The position numbers and the translations under genes were made by a program. 64,000 nt of DNA from Antechinus flavipes (lineage: Eukaryota). Each line of letters opens with the position of its first letter. Within the stretch, counting starts at the first letter, position 1. Below, piece after piece: positions 38,151 to 51,285 of the stretch. The stretch lies in the NCBI RefSeq assembly GCF_016432865.1, contig NC_067398.1:208878001-208942000 (forward strand). Reading direction: 5' to 3'. Under the pieces are notes generated by a model, which saw only the letters and a program-made list of their open reading frames with translations, made no database searches and was not told where the DNA came from.

Positions 38151-39700
38151 GAGGATAGAGGAGGAAGAAGGGGGGCCAATTTCTTCCTTTATTTTTTAAA
38201 AATAATTCTGTAACACTTTATTTCTATCATCTTATGATCTAAAGAGCTTTAGATGAATTTCATAAAATTTTCTCTCCCCCTCATACTCTATCTCCTCCTC
38301 CACAATAATGTTTAAACCCTGGAATTAAGAAGGCCTAGAGTCAAGTCACACTTCTAATATTCATTAGCTGTGTGACCATGAACAAGATCCTTAACCTTTC
38401 TGAGCCTGAGAAAATTTCTGAACTCTAGCTTTGAAAAGGTTATGATATGTCTTGATAGAATCAGTTTATACAAAGCTGTTATTGTTCCCTCAAACCATGG
38501 AATGCCAAAGGATCAAGCAAACAATGGCAAATTCTGCTTGTAAAAACAGTTGAAGCCAATATATTTGGGGGGGTTAATTTTTTCTCCTAAATATAAATAA
38601 TATCTAAGTTGAAATTCTCCACTAAGCAAATAAAACTTATGGTGAACAATATGAGAGAGGAACATAGAAAATACAAAGAGGGTTTTCTAAATGAATATGT
38701 TACTGACCTAAAAGGCCTGACTAATTTGCAAATAATGGGTCTTGGTTCAAATTCTGGCTTTGCTAATTATTACTTATGTAATCCTCTGGGCACCAATTTC
38801 TCCATTTTTAAAATGAGACTTAGGTAGGATAATTTTAAAAATCCTTTTTCATCACTCCAAATAAAGAAACAGACAACAAATGCATCTGTGAAAGAAGAAA
38901 GCAGTGGCCAGCTAGGAAAATATGAGCTTTTTTTTTTTTTTTTTTTAATGATAGGGGATATAGTATTTTTGTGTCTAGTGGGAAATAGAACAAAGGTTTC
39001 CAGCTCCATCAATTTAATCTGAGCTTTTTCCAGTGTTATTCCCAAGTCACTCTAGAGTTGAAAAGAATCCCCAAACCCCCTTTCCCCTTATACTCAGTAC
39101 CTCTTTGCAGTTTTGCTAAGTAGAGATCATAGGGTCATTTAAAGGAGAATCAAAGATAGTAAAGAAGTTAAAAAATTTCTATTATGACTCAAAGCATTTA
39201 AATTAAGGAATGCAAAGAGAAAAGGAGTTTAAAGAGACAAATTTAAAGATACCAAAGATTTCTCTGGTTGATTACAGTTGACTATTTAATATGATAAAAG
39301 AGCTATGGGAAGTACCTGGGCTATCTAGAGAAAGAATAAGCAGACCTCTTCCACTGAGGAAATAAACCTCTCAATGTGATTGAATACCAGGAGGGGTTAG
39401 CCTGAACCAGTAAGAGCTCAGAGAGTAATTCAGGAGACACAGAGGATGCTGGTAGTTCTGCATCAGCAGAAATAAGGTTTTCCTCACACATGCATATTTC
39501 TTGGTCATATGTGTTCTTCTTATATTTACACATTCATACATATTCCCTGGCTCCATATGTTCCTGATGTATTTGTTCCTCTGTGTGTGTTCTTTGAGCAC
39601 ACATGTTCCCTGGGTATGACCTCTTCCTTACCACTGCTTGAATCATTGTAAGAAAGGATCACTTCGTGCATGTGGGAGGTATTTTTCTTATCAATTCACT

Positions 39701-39954
39701 CTTATTACGTTTTCTAGAAAAACAAATTTAAATTTGGTACGGGACATTCCTTATTCCTTTGGCTCAAACAGCTTTGTTAAATCTGGTGTCAGTGTGTATA
39801 TCTGGAGTTCCCATTTCTTTATGGAAAATTTGTGCATTTTCTTCAGAGCCTGCTCTCTGGTCATCACCTCATTGATGGCAGAATGCCCCTTCTTTTTTTC
39901 TCCACTTTTCTTTGCTGGAGCAATCCTGCCAGGGACCAAGTTGGAAATAAAGGG
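39701..39954 (-). pseudogene. RPL31: Processed pseudogene of 60S ribosomal protein L31, 3'-truncated
   Basis: Minus strand gives IAPAKKSGEKKKGHSAINEVMTRE|QALKKMHKFSIK(fs)[35 protein letters not shown] versus recalled RPL31 [24 protein letters not shown]...[50 protein letters not shown]. It retains the 5'UTR 'tttccaacttgg' and has no introns. Confidence 0.95.
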
Positions 39955-42900
39955 AGCAGAGAATTGTGGGAGAACCTAATACCCAGGTCTTGGAAATTCT
40001 TAAAGTGGTTGCTAACCCATAAAATACATCCTAACCAAAAAAAAAAAAAAAAAAAATGGGGGGGGGGAGGGAGAATCTACTTCTGATAGGAAAGGATCCT
40101 GGTTGGCATTCAATAATTACTCATATTTATGTAATATCACATTTATATAGTTCTTTAAGATTTACAAAAGACTTTCCTTAAAGCAATCTTATAAAGGTAG
40201 GGAGCATAATCAATCAGTACATATTTATGAAATACCTATATTTGACACATTGAAAATGGAGAATGAACAATTCTTTCTTAACAGGTGCTTCTATACTAAG
40301 GGAGGAGACCACAATATATACAGTATAACTATAAAGAGAAAAAAATACAAATGTATACAAAGTAGTAAAATCCAAGATAGTGTGAGAGACATCACACCTG
40401 AAGTGAGGAAGGGGGACATCAGCTTTCTGTGGAAGATGGTGCTTGAGCTGTACTTAGAAGAGAAATCTTGGGAGGGGGGGTGGGAGATGATGTAGGAACA
40501 TATTCCAGGCAAGAGAGACAGCTAGTGAGAAGGCTTGTTGTATATACGCTACAGAGAGAAGGCTCACTTGGTTGATTTATAAAATGTAGGATGGGGAATA
40601 ATTTCTAATGAAGCTGAAAAGATAAGTTGAGATTGGATTAGTTCCCATTTTGCAAATATAAAAACGGAATTTAAAAATGTTAAATGACTTGACCTTGGTT
40701 CTTCAACTAGTAAATATCAAAGCAGGAACTTAGACTCAAACTTCCTGACTTTAAATCTATGTTGTTTCAATTATAACAGAAAAGGAGATCCTTACTTAGA
40801 TAAGGCATAGAAGAAGGTCAAACTCTGGGAGGAGCAGAAGATAAAGTGGAATTCAGTATTTGTGAATACCATAATCCCTATCAGGTGGGCCAAGAACAGA
40901 AAAAATATATAAAGCAGAAAATTCAAGTACACTTTCATCCTCTTTGTAGGATTCCTTATGTCAGGAATTCAGTTCACTTAACAACTTTTCATTTCTAGAG
41001 CTATAAACATTTGATCTCAAGAGAAGATTTTATATCAGTCATTTATTTTTTAGTACAATTTACCCTGTTTGTCTCAGTTTTCTCATTTGAAAAATTAATT
41101 GTAGAAGGAAATGGCAAAGCATTCAAGTGTCTTTGCCAAGAAAACCTCAAATGGGGTCACAAAGAGTTAGACACAGCCGAAGCAACTGAACAACAAAAAA
41201 ATAATGTTAATAGTATTAACTGCTATTTTCATTTTCTTTCATTAAACTCCTACTCTGAAGACTTATTCTGGCATAGAAATTACCCTGAGTTTATATAGGC
41301 AGATAATAAACTCTGCCAAGTTTTATCAAACTTCAAAAGCTTTGGATGGGCCTATTCATAGGTCAGTCATATGTCTTTCAACCAAGGACAGACCTAGATT
41401 AAGAGAAGCTCATCACTAGGAGGATTGGGTTAGCATTTTCTCAAGAGGGAAGCCACAACAACTCATTAAATAGCTTACTAAGGCGTGAAGGTGATAAACT
41501 CACCAATTTAACATTTATTATATCTACTTAATTAAGTCATTGTTCTAGGATGCAAAGGTAAATATGACAGATGACATTCTAAAGGATGTTACTACTTAAC
41601 AAGGAGAAAGATATAATCCAGTCAAATTTGGGGATGGGTCATGTTAAGTGAGCACTAAGGGCAAAAATCATATGTTGTATAAAGTAGCCATGAAGAGTTC
41701 TTAAAGTAATCTAGTAAGGAAGGTAGTATTAATATTTGCAATTATTTATTTAGTGGTATTATATTTCCCATTTAAACTTGCAGGAACAGGCTTTATAAAT
41801 CACCCACAAAATATAATATAGTATCTTTAAACAGTTAGATAGCTGCAAATGAGCTATATTCTCTTTGAAAGAAGTCTGTTTATACCAGAGAATAGATGGA
41901 TCTAAGATGGTTTTATTGGAAACAATTGAATGGACATTTTATTTTTCATTATACTAGCTGAACTTATTGATAGGAAAGGTTGGGAGAGAAGGAAGAGATA
42001 GAAATAGAAACCAATCATTCAAATCAAAGAAGCCAAAAAAATAAGTTGAAGATTTTCTGACACACACAAAAATGATGGTTAGGTGAAAAACAATCTTGAA
42101 AGAGCTTCTCACATAAGAATGGTAATTTTGGAGATGAATCATATCTCCAAGTGTTTTTTTTTTCTTTTTGCTTCATCAAGAAGTAAAAGTAGAAACCAGA
42201 AATTCAAAGAGGGCACAGAAGGGCCTGTTAGAAAAGCAGAGATGATAAGAAAGTAAATAAGGCTATCCCTCTCAGTAGTTCTAACAGTCTTGATAGAAGG
42301 AATAGACTTTCAGTGGCTATAATGAAGAAGCAATTGTAGTATAAAATACTTACCATAGTATGATACTCATGTCATGAGAGGCAAGGGAGGGTGATACAGG
42401 GAATAGCAGGCTCAGGTCTCTCATCTCATGTTCAATCCATGGCACATACTCATTGAGTAGAATAAATCATTCAATAGTATTTAAGTTATTTACGTCTCTG
42501 CAACTGCCTGTGCTTCTTTTCCTATTCTTTTGCTGAGCTTGTGTGAAAAAAAGTTTAAATGAATGTATGATGAGACTTCATTGCTTAACTATGATACAAA
42601 GAAGAGAGTTGATATATGTGCAAAATAGATTGTTAAATATAACTCTTTTAGAAAATTCAGTAAGGAATTACCACTTTCAGCTAGGACTAATGAAAGACTT
42701 CATGGAGGAGATGCCATGAATTGGACTTTGAAGGAGGGAGAGACTTTTCAATTCATTTAAATATCTTTTTTTTTAAACTTGTAAAATAAGAGAGTTGGAT
42801 GAGATAATCTTAAAGGTACATTTTCCCTCTAACTACTATATTCCTTTGATCTCAGATGTTCTGAACTGGAACTGACTTAGGCTAGTCCCTTGATAGTTGA

Positions 42901-42989
42901 GGTTGTATACTAGAACAAAATGAGTCACTCATCAGTTATTCAGCAGTTAACAAAATGAGATTACTTAGTCGTAAGAGGATATTCAATAA

Positions 42990-43600
42990 GCACAGGGAGT
43001 AAGGACATCTTGAGATGATTCAGTTGAGCAAGTCTCCCATTAAACACAGCCATTACTAAGCATCTGAGAGTCCCATACTACCACTATTCCAGACTGCTTT
43101 TGTTGTACTTAGGTAGCAATCATGTCTAAGAGATGTCTCAATACTTTTTAAAGAAAAAACTAGCCTAATCTGCGTAAAGGGAAGTGTGGTTGCTCCCACC
43201 ATAATAGAAAAAAGTTGGGAATGGGAGTATACCATTCCAAGCATAGAGTATGATGCGAGTAAAAACAGGGAAATAGGGGACAGCAGGAATGGAAAACACA
43301 TGAAGGAAATATAAAACTTATAAAATAGATTCTCCAGAGACAGATTGTAGTAGGCTTTGAATGACAGGATCAGAAGCGTATACTGAATCTACCTGTAAAT
43401 GAGGAGCCATGTAAGTTTTAAAATATAGGAGTGACATGCTCAGAGTAGATCAATAGAAAGATTGCTTGCAGTAGTGTGAAGAAAGTCTTAGAAAAGGCAT
43501 TGATAGAGACAGGAAGATTAGTTGCAATGTTCTTGTAATATAAATCCACGAAAGAAGAGCTTAGGGTTTGAATTAAATGACTGTAGAAAGAGTAGGAAGG
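42990..43600 (-). mobile_element. L2 3'-region fragments
   Basis: 'gacagattgtagtaggctttgaatgacag...ggagccatg...gacatgctcagag' is typical reverse-complement L2. Confidence 0.6.
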
Positions 43601-44767
43601 AAGGGAAATCTATAATTTATATTGGTTGATAAGATACCAATGTTGATGAAATTGGGGATCTTTATGATAATGAAGAAATATCTCAGCCAGTCAAAAACAT
43701 TTATTAAATACCTACTATATGACAGGTACAATGCAAAAGACTGAGGTTACAAATACAAATACAATTCTACATAGGAAATTTAGTGTGCCTTCAAGTACCT
43801 TAAATTTAATGAGGCAACATACACAAAGAAGCTGAGAAAGCAAGGATAGAATGTTGGAAGGAGAGAGACACTAATGCAGGGCATTATAGAGAAGTTCAAA
43901 AGCAGAGTAGCTGATGGAAAATGGAGAAGAGACTTCTAAGCCTCTTTCTTAAAAAGCAGTCTTGACATTCATCTCCCTCCCTTCTAGTAAGAGGGTCCAA
44001 TCAGGAGGACATATGGTACTGATAGGATTGAATACCAGGCAGATTCAATTTTGTAGGATAATGAACTTTGCATTTTAAGCCTTAACCCTAATAGAAATAA
44101 AATCTGATCCTCCATTAAAGGAATTTTGACTATCAGGTGAATGAGGGGAAAGGTGTATGTGTGGAATTTGGATAGGGACAGAGGAACCTTATGGAATCAA
44201 TGAGCTAGTTCCACCAGCCATATGAATTTGCTTTGGCTAAACAGGTCCTAGTGGTCAGGATGGGTGGTAGACTGAAGTGTTTCTAGGATGGAGATATAAG
44301 GATTTTCTTTCTAGAAGAGACAAAAAGAGAGAAAAATGAGAGAGGGACTATTTCTTAAAGGTACAGAAGAAAATCTGAGAGGGATAAAGAAATCAGGAAG
44401 AAAAGACTTTGAAATAGTAATAAGAAGTTAAAAACAAGTATATGGTATTAATTGTGATGTATAAGGAATAAGAAAAAGATGGGAAAGGAGAGAGTGATAT
44501 TAATAGCATCCTTATTATTTATTGATTGAACACCCAACAGTGTTTTTGGTGTCCTACAATGGATAGGAGAAAAACATCTTTGTTTATTACATAAATATGA
44601 CCCCCTCTTCCCCCTGCCACCAAACCAACAACTGAACTCAGCAATACATAAAAATACCCAAAGAATACAATCATATGTGGATGGTTATCGGTAAAAGCTT
44701 TATAAATTTGCTGGTGATAGGGAATTGCAAGAAAGGGAAGGGGATACCTACTAACATTTATTCTCTA

Positions 44768-44810
44768 GTTGCTATGGCAACTCTTACTACTTGTGATGTC
44801 ATAAATAGAG
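44768..44810 (+). promoter_or_regulatory. Candidate RFX X-box plus CRE-like site plus TATA-like element
   Basis: GTTGCTATGGCAAC (44768-44781), TGATGTCA (44794-44801), TAAATAG (44802-44808) in non-repeat sequence. Confidence 0.4.
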
Positions 44811-45139
44811 CAGGTCACACTATTGTTCTATAAGTCCTTTCCCCTGTGTATGTTTGCATGGAGCAGTATAGATCTAGTTTTATCATTAATCTTTCAAAAC
44901 TATAATTGCTTTATAGGATTATAGAGCTAACACTAGAAGGGACCTCAGTAATCATCCAGTCTGTTTTCCAGATTAAGAAATTGAAACCTACACAAGTTAA
45001 GTGATTTTTGCAAGGTCACCCAGATAATGTCTATAAATAGAATTTGACCTCAAATTCTCTAAACCAGTCAGTGCTCTTTCTACTATGTGATCTTTTTTTA
45101 TGGATCACTATTTATTCATAAAGTGGAGTAAAGAATAAG

Positions 45140-45475
45140 TGATGATACTATGTGGTGATTCAAGACAATTCCAATGGAAAGTGTCATCTGCATCCAGAGA
45201 AAGAACTATGGATACTGAACATGGATCAAAATATAGTATCTTCACTTTTTTGTTTGCTTATTTGCTCTTTTCTGTGTTTTTTTTTCATTTTGGCATGATT
45301 TTTTCTTGTATAACATGACAAGTATGGAAATATGTTAAAAAGAATTGTATCTGTTTTATCTGTATCAGATTGCTTGCTGTTTTGAAGAGGGAGAAGATAA
45401 GGAAAGGAGGGAGAAAAATTTGGAATGTTAGAAACTATATATTAGGAAGAATAAAATATTATTTAGGAAAAAAAA
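45140..45475 (+). mobile_element. Marsupial L1 3'UTR
   Basis: 'catctgcatccagagaaagaactatgga...agattgcttgctg...ggagggagaaaaatttggaa' followed by an A tail. Confidence 0.8.
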
Positions 45476-46029
45476 GACTAATTGCTGATGAAACCAAATT
45501 TGGGATGAGTCCTTTAGCCATTTGGCAACAATTTATCTAGTTTCTCTGACTCTAACTTTCTATTAATTTTGTATTTGGGGAGAAGATTCTTATTAGAAAA
45601 GGATTTGCAGAATGGGCTCAGCTTCTTCGGTCTAACAAAAGAATAGACAACATGATGATAAAATTCTATTGTAAGTCAACTACAACTCGAGAAATAGAAA
45701 TAAACACAAAATTTTTAAAAAAGACTTCACTATGGAGGAAGAAATAACAAAGTATTGTCTGTCCCTTTTGTGTTTTCTCAAATGCTTATATATTTATTTA
45801 TGTTGCATTTTTATAGACTATCTTCTCAATTGGTGACCATAGGTTAGATTCCATAGGGGAAGCTACTTCTGATTCCAAGGTCTATTCTCTTAAAACTATA
45901 GTTCATGAGATTTCACCAATACCCTATTTTTAGACAGCTAATCGATATAATTAGTTCAAAGCAAAGACATTTACTGATATAGCACAGTATGACTAATGTC
46001 ACAAAGGCTAAGGGAAAATAGGAATATTG

Positions 46030-47320
46030 ATGAATTTTTAATGGACTCTTGAATGAGTCCAACCAGTCTGGAACTGTGACCAAAAAGTTACTAAACAATA
46101 CATGTCCTTTGAGTCAGCAATATCACTGTTAGGTCTATCCTCCAAATAGATCAAAAAAGAGGGCTAGATTTATATACACAAAAATATTTCAAGCAGATCT
46201 TTTTTTGTGGTGGCGAAAACCTAATGATGACATTTGAAACCATTGGAGTTGCAATAGCAATTCCTAGTTCAAATTCAAGGCACAAGATGCAATTCACAAT
46301 TGCATTCTCTTTGCTAAAAGGCACCTTTATTTATGAGAAGAGGTTACAGACAAAATGAAGAGGTAAAATAGACACCAAAGTGGTAAATATGAAATAGTAT
46401 TGGGAGATTATATAGTTGGCAAGGAAAGGAGTTTTTAACAATTAACAAGGGGAAAAATAAGTTTCCTAGTGAAACTCATAATTATCCAGGAAAAAGGAAA
46501 TATGCCATGAGGTAGAAGTATTCCATTAATTGGCAGACTAATTCCACAAAGGACTTTAGCAGACTGATCCCAAAAGGGGTTAGCAAGGGAAGGAGATTAC
46601 ACTATTGGAATAGTGGCAGGCTAATTCTAAAAGTGATTTAGTACCCTAAAAGTTAGCTAATAACAAGGAGACACTATGAGTCATGGGGAAAGAAGAGGAG
46701 GAGAAAGACACAATGGGATTTTAGTAAAGATGACTTATTCCATGGGCAGATTTTATAGGGGAAATTTGACTGGGAGTTGACATCATCACTTGGCTTCTAA
46801 TTGAATACAGGAAAGTAGGGTTTCCCAAGACCTCCACCAGGATAGTACTGTAAGGATGAGCTGATAACCATCAGTGCCTTTCCCTGCTTACCTCAGGGAG
46901 CATTATAATCTTATTTCTGTCATAGAAAAGGTAGGTTCAAAGAGACATAGAAAAATTTGTTTGAATAAATACAAAGTGAATTGAGTAGAAAATTATTTCA
47001 AAATAATTTATACCATCACACTAATATTATAAAAATGAACAATTTTGAAAGACTAATAACTCTAATCAACCCAATGACCATTCATGATTCCAAAAGATTA
47101 TAAAGATAGATGCTGTTGACCTCATGTTAGTTAGATAATGGACATTATGCATAATAAGAAATGATTTTTTGGTACACAAATAATATAGGAATATGATTTG
47201 TTCAACTGTAATTAGAGGTTATTAGACTTCTTATTTATCTTTCCTTCTTAGAGGTGTAGGGAGAGGTAGAAAGAGAAGAATGCTTGATGATTTAAAAAAT
47301 AACTTAAAAAAAGAAATGGT
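46030..47320 (+). mobile_element. Old L1 ORF2 end and 3'UTR split by an LTR-like insertion
   Basis: 'aaaagttactaaac...cctttgagtcagcaatatcactgttaggtctatc' (like KVxKL.IPFDPAxxLLGLY) stops near 46220; L1 3' sequence resumes near 46930. Confidence 0.65.
46228..46922 (-). mobile_element. Probable solo LTR
   Basis: TGACA...TGTCA inverted termini, interrupts an L1, minus-strand AATAAA near 46327; no clean TSD. Confidence 0.5.
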
Positions 47321-50300
47321 ATAATAATAACAGTTGTTACATAACATTTCTTCCATAAACCTGGGGTACACTTTCAAATACAACATCAATGGAAAGAGAG
47401 TACACAGATAGAGTTCACTAATAGAGAGGAAAACATATAGGGGACTCACTTGCCAAGGGAACTTACACATCTGGCCCTGAAGACCTGTTCTTTTTTTCTC
47501 TTTTCAGTATCTTCACGTTGCTGCCCCTGAATATAATTTTTCTGCTCTGCTCCCCAGACCTCTTTTTTTGTGAAGTTCAGCTTGACTCCACAGCTAGACC
47601 ATTAATCATACTCTCTGTTGAGTGAGGTGCTTTCTACTAGGAGAGGTACTTGGCTGTCAGATATTGCTGACTGAGGGGCAAGGGTGGAGTCACAAATTCC
47701 CTCTCTATCTCTTTGCTCTGTGGAAGAGACAAAAGGTGAAAGATACAGTGCTTTTCTTTTTCAAGTCCTAGATTCTTTCTCCATAGTCGTCTCTCTTTTC
47801 AACTGCCAGAGTTGATGCAATTAGCTCTTTGCAAAGGCTTTGACTAAGCATAGTAAGAAGAGTAGCTATAAAATATTTGTTCATTAACATGGAATTTATC
47901 ACACGTGTGTATGTGTGTGTGTTACATCTCTGTATGTTTAATGGCTAATTGTTAATGGAATATCAAGATAATTTATCATTTTAGAAAAGCAGGCTACCCC
48001 AAGAATGAAAAGTAGTTCTGTCACCGCCATGGACCCAAATTGCTAACCTCTGAATACTAAATTGGGGGGGCTTTCTTAAAGAGGTGCTTTACTAGGGGAG
48101 AACAACTTCCCTTCCCAAGTGAAGAGGACCTGAAAGAGGAATCTGTTTCAAGAGAAATTTGTCATTGAATATTGAAAATGAACAAGAATAATTTGACTTT
48201 TCAAGAAGGAGAGAGACCAGATCAATGAAATGTTTATTATCAATATGAAAAATGACCTCTGTAAAATCTGTAAATCTTCCATATTCTCCCTCATATCTAA
48301 TGAAGCAGTGACTATACCATGGTAAAGCTTCTGCATGGCTGAAAGATGAGATGAACAGCAATAGAAATATTATTATTCCTTCCAAAGGTAAATTATTTCC
48401 AAACACTAGAAATTGTATTATGATACAAAAAAGAAAACACAAAAATGAAGTAAAAGAACAAATAACAGATTGAGTGGGGTAAAAAAAAGATAGTTTTACT
48501 TACTTCCAAGCAAGGTTAAGGTACTCAGTCAGAGAGTATACTGTGGAGAAATTCCTGTAGCTATTATAGGAGAGCAATTAGCAAGTGATCTAGATTTCTC
48601 TTGAGGGGAAATGACAGAGATTTACAGTGGATTAGTAGAACTGGGAACCCAAGGAATTGTTAGACACTGGACTTGATTAGAGAGAAAGATAGTCATTTAT
48701 TGAGGAAGGCAAAAGTGTTCCCCAAAATTATTTGGAATTTTTAAGTATTCTCTAAGCTATAAAAGAGCAATAAGGCATTATCTTGAAGCTGGTGATCATG
48801 TGATATATGGTATGATCTTGCCCCAAGTTGCTTATGGTGAAGTATGTTGAGGCAGGAGCACAGAGAAGATAGAGACAGTTGATATGGATGGAGAGATTCA
48901 TTTGCTTCAGAGTGTTAAGTGGGGGCAGTCAAGTGGAATGGGCTATACGCCTCAGCAGTTGCATAGCATTGTCCTAGGGAAAGTCCTGATTGAGGATCTA
49001 TAATGAGAATGAGGCTTAAGGTAACCCAGGGAGCAGGGGATCCCCAAGCTAACTATATTGTGTCTTACAATCTCATGCTTGCTCTATAGAGTGATTCTAC
49101 TTTTGGAGAGTAATGAAGACTAGGTCCCAGCCCTTGTTATAATGAATGGCGTCATGGGTGTCCAAATAACTATTCTGTATCTCATGCAATGAATCATTCA
49201 AAAATCCAGACTTCAATTTGTCCATTTTACTAAAAATATCTTATAGTATCTTCAGAGAGAAGCAGTTCAGAAAACAAAAAAAACAAAACCAACAAAAAAC
49301 AAAGCTTTCCTGAGATCTTAGGAGCCCCTACCTAAGTCTCCAAAATCATTTTTATATTCCTTTTGTCCAAAGGGTCAAAACCGGGGCCCCAAATTAATCC
49401 TCCTGGGGAGTTGAATTGGTCCAAGTCTGTACCCTAACTTCCTTACATGCAATAGCCCTTGCTGGAGTATTATGTGTGAAAGATATTCTGTCCCAATTTC
49501 CCACTTCCATCAGTATCTTGGCCTACAATACCATTGGTTTTTTTGAATCACATTGACAGTGAGAGTGGGATAGTTTCCAGGCCAAATTGAAGCATGGGGC
49601 AGAAAGAAAAGACTGTAAGTGTGAATGATTTTATAACTGGAAACAAGAGTAGGTCCAAATTCAACTCCTTCCTCATAAAGCTAGAAATGAGCAGAAGAAA
49701 GGCAAAAATAATAGTGGATTGGGGACATTTGGAAGTGGAACCCGAGGAAACAATAAAAAGAGAATCATTTGTTTCATGATTTATCTCATTAAGATAAAGA
49801 TCTTAATGAAAGTCCCTTACTTCTGAGAGAGTGGGTATGACATGAGAATGGATTTCACAACAATGCTGGAAATATATTTCTGTAAATAGTGATCTTCCTC
49901 CCTCCTCCTTCCCCCCTCTACCTTTTTTTTTTTTTCCTAGAGAAGCTAAGTTGAGAAGGAGATTGAATGAAAGGGGGAGGGAGGGGAAATCCAGAAAGAT
50001 GCTTTAGAGGATAAACAATATACCTGGACTGCAACTATTACTAGTGTATAAAGGACTCAGGGGCATTATAACCTTGAGGAAAAGAAATTTTGAAGTAACA
50101 ACAAAGGAATTAAGTATTAACAGACTAACTTCCCCTAAATAAACCAGTATTCTAGGGAGATCATTAGTAACATCAGGCTTTGGGGTTATTTATTGTATTA
50201 GCCAGAAGGACAAGGTAATCAGTTCTTTTCCTTAAAATTAAGTGGGGGGAAAAGGGTGCAAGAAGAGACTTATAATTATTGAAAGAAAGAAAGTTCATTG

Positions 50301-50994
50301 CATCATAGACACAAATAGGTGTCAGCATCAGCAATAAATGCACTCTTACTATAAACTCTAGATTACCAACCCAGAAAGTCATTCATTAGGGGGACCCATA
50401 TTCTAAATTACTAGGAAAACATGAATTCTGCTGATAAAACCACCTGGAAATGGCCCTCAAGGAGCCAGGACCACTACCAAACATTATAGGCCAAAGGTCC
50501 CCCCTTTAGGGGAGAGGTTTTTATTTCTCTCAGGGATTAGGTGGAAAAGTACTGACATAGTTTTTTTTTTTTCCCCTCTAAAGCTAGTTCCCACAGGGTT
50601 CATGAGTACAGCCCAGTCAGTGGCTGGGAACTTTGGGCATGATCTTTGTTTCAAGATTAAGTGTTCCCTATCTGGCCTTGAACCAAGTACAATTAAGGGA
50701 GAGTCAGGAGTTCAGGGTAAGTGGCAAATACCTTCCATATCTCTGGTGGGAAAACTATTTTACCTTGCCACCCAGGGCTCTATACAAAGGATTCTGAGCT
50801 TATATGGACCTGGGGTGGGGGGCAAGAATAAAGAGAAGGGGAGTGGTCAGTGTTCTTTTGATTCATTAATCCCCTCATTTGCATTTCTCCAGGAAAATTT
50901 CTAGAAGAAAGTTCAAATGTAACTTATAATAATAGCAAATCTATATATCTACTCTATCTATAAATTCCATCTCTACATATTCAACATATATCAA

Positions 50995-51090
50995 ATAATT
51001 ATATAAGTAGTTGTGTATGTATATATATATGCATATTATATATATGTGTGTGTATATGTGTGTGTATATACACACACAAACACATATGTA
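50995..51090. repeat. Compound (TA)/(TG)/(CA) microsatellite
   Basis: Read directly from the sequence. Confidence 0.85.
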
Positions 51091-51094
51091 TGTA

Positions 51095-51285
51095 GTCATT
51101 ATATCCTCACAATAACTCTTTAAGGGAAGTGCTTTTATTATTTCCATTTTGCAGATGGGGAAACTGAGGTTTAAAGAGGTCATGTGTCTTGCCCAAACAT
51201 ACACAGCTAGTAATTGTTGGAGGCAGGATTTGAACCCAAGTCTTCCGAATCCTAGGTCTAACACCTGATATATTGTGCCATCTGA
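51095..51285 (-). mobile_element. MIR
   Basis: 'cctcacaataactc...ccattttgcagatggggaaactgagg...ggatttgaacccaagtcttcc'. Confidence 0.85.

Noticed and set aside
39371-39646. ORF with RTHT/YEC/YAC words resembling C2H2 zinc-finger linkers
   Set aside because: There is no Cx2C...Hx3H spacing. The words come from a short degenerate 'ggaacatatg/ccagggaa' repeat.
40037-40066. A20 plus G-run next to the RPL31 copy as its poly(A) tail
   Set aside because: Wrong strand and wrong end: it lies upstream of the minus-strand 5'UTR.
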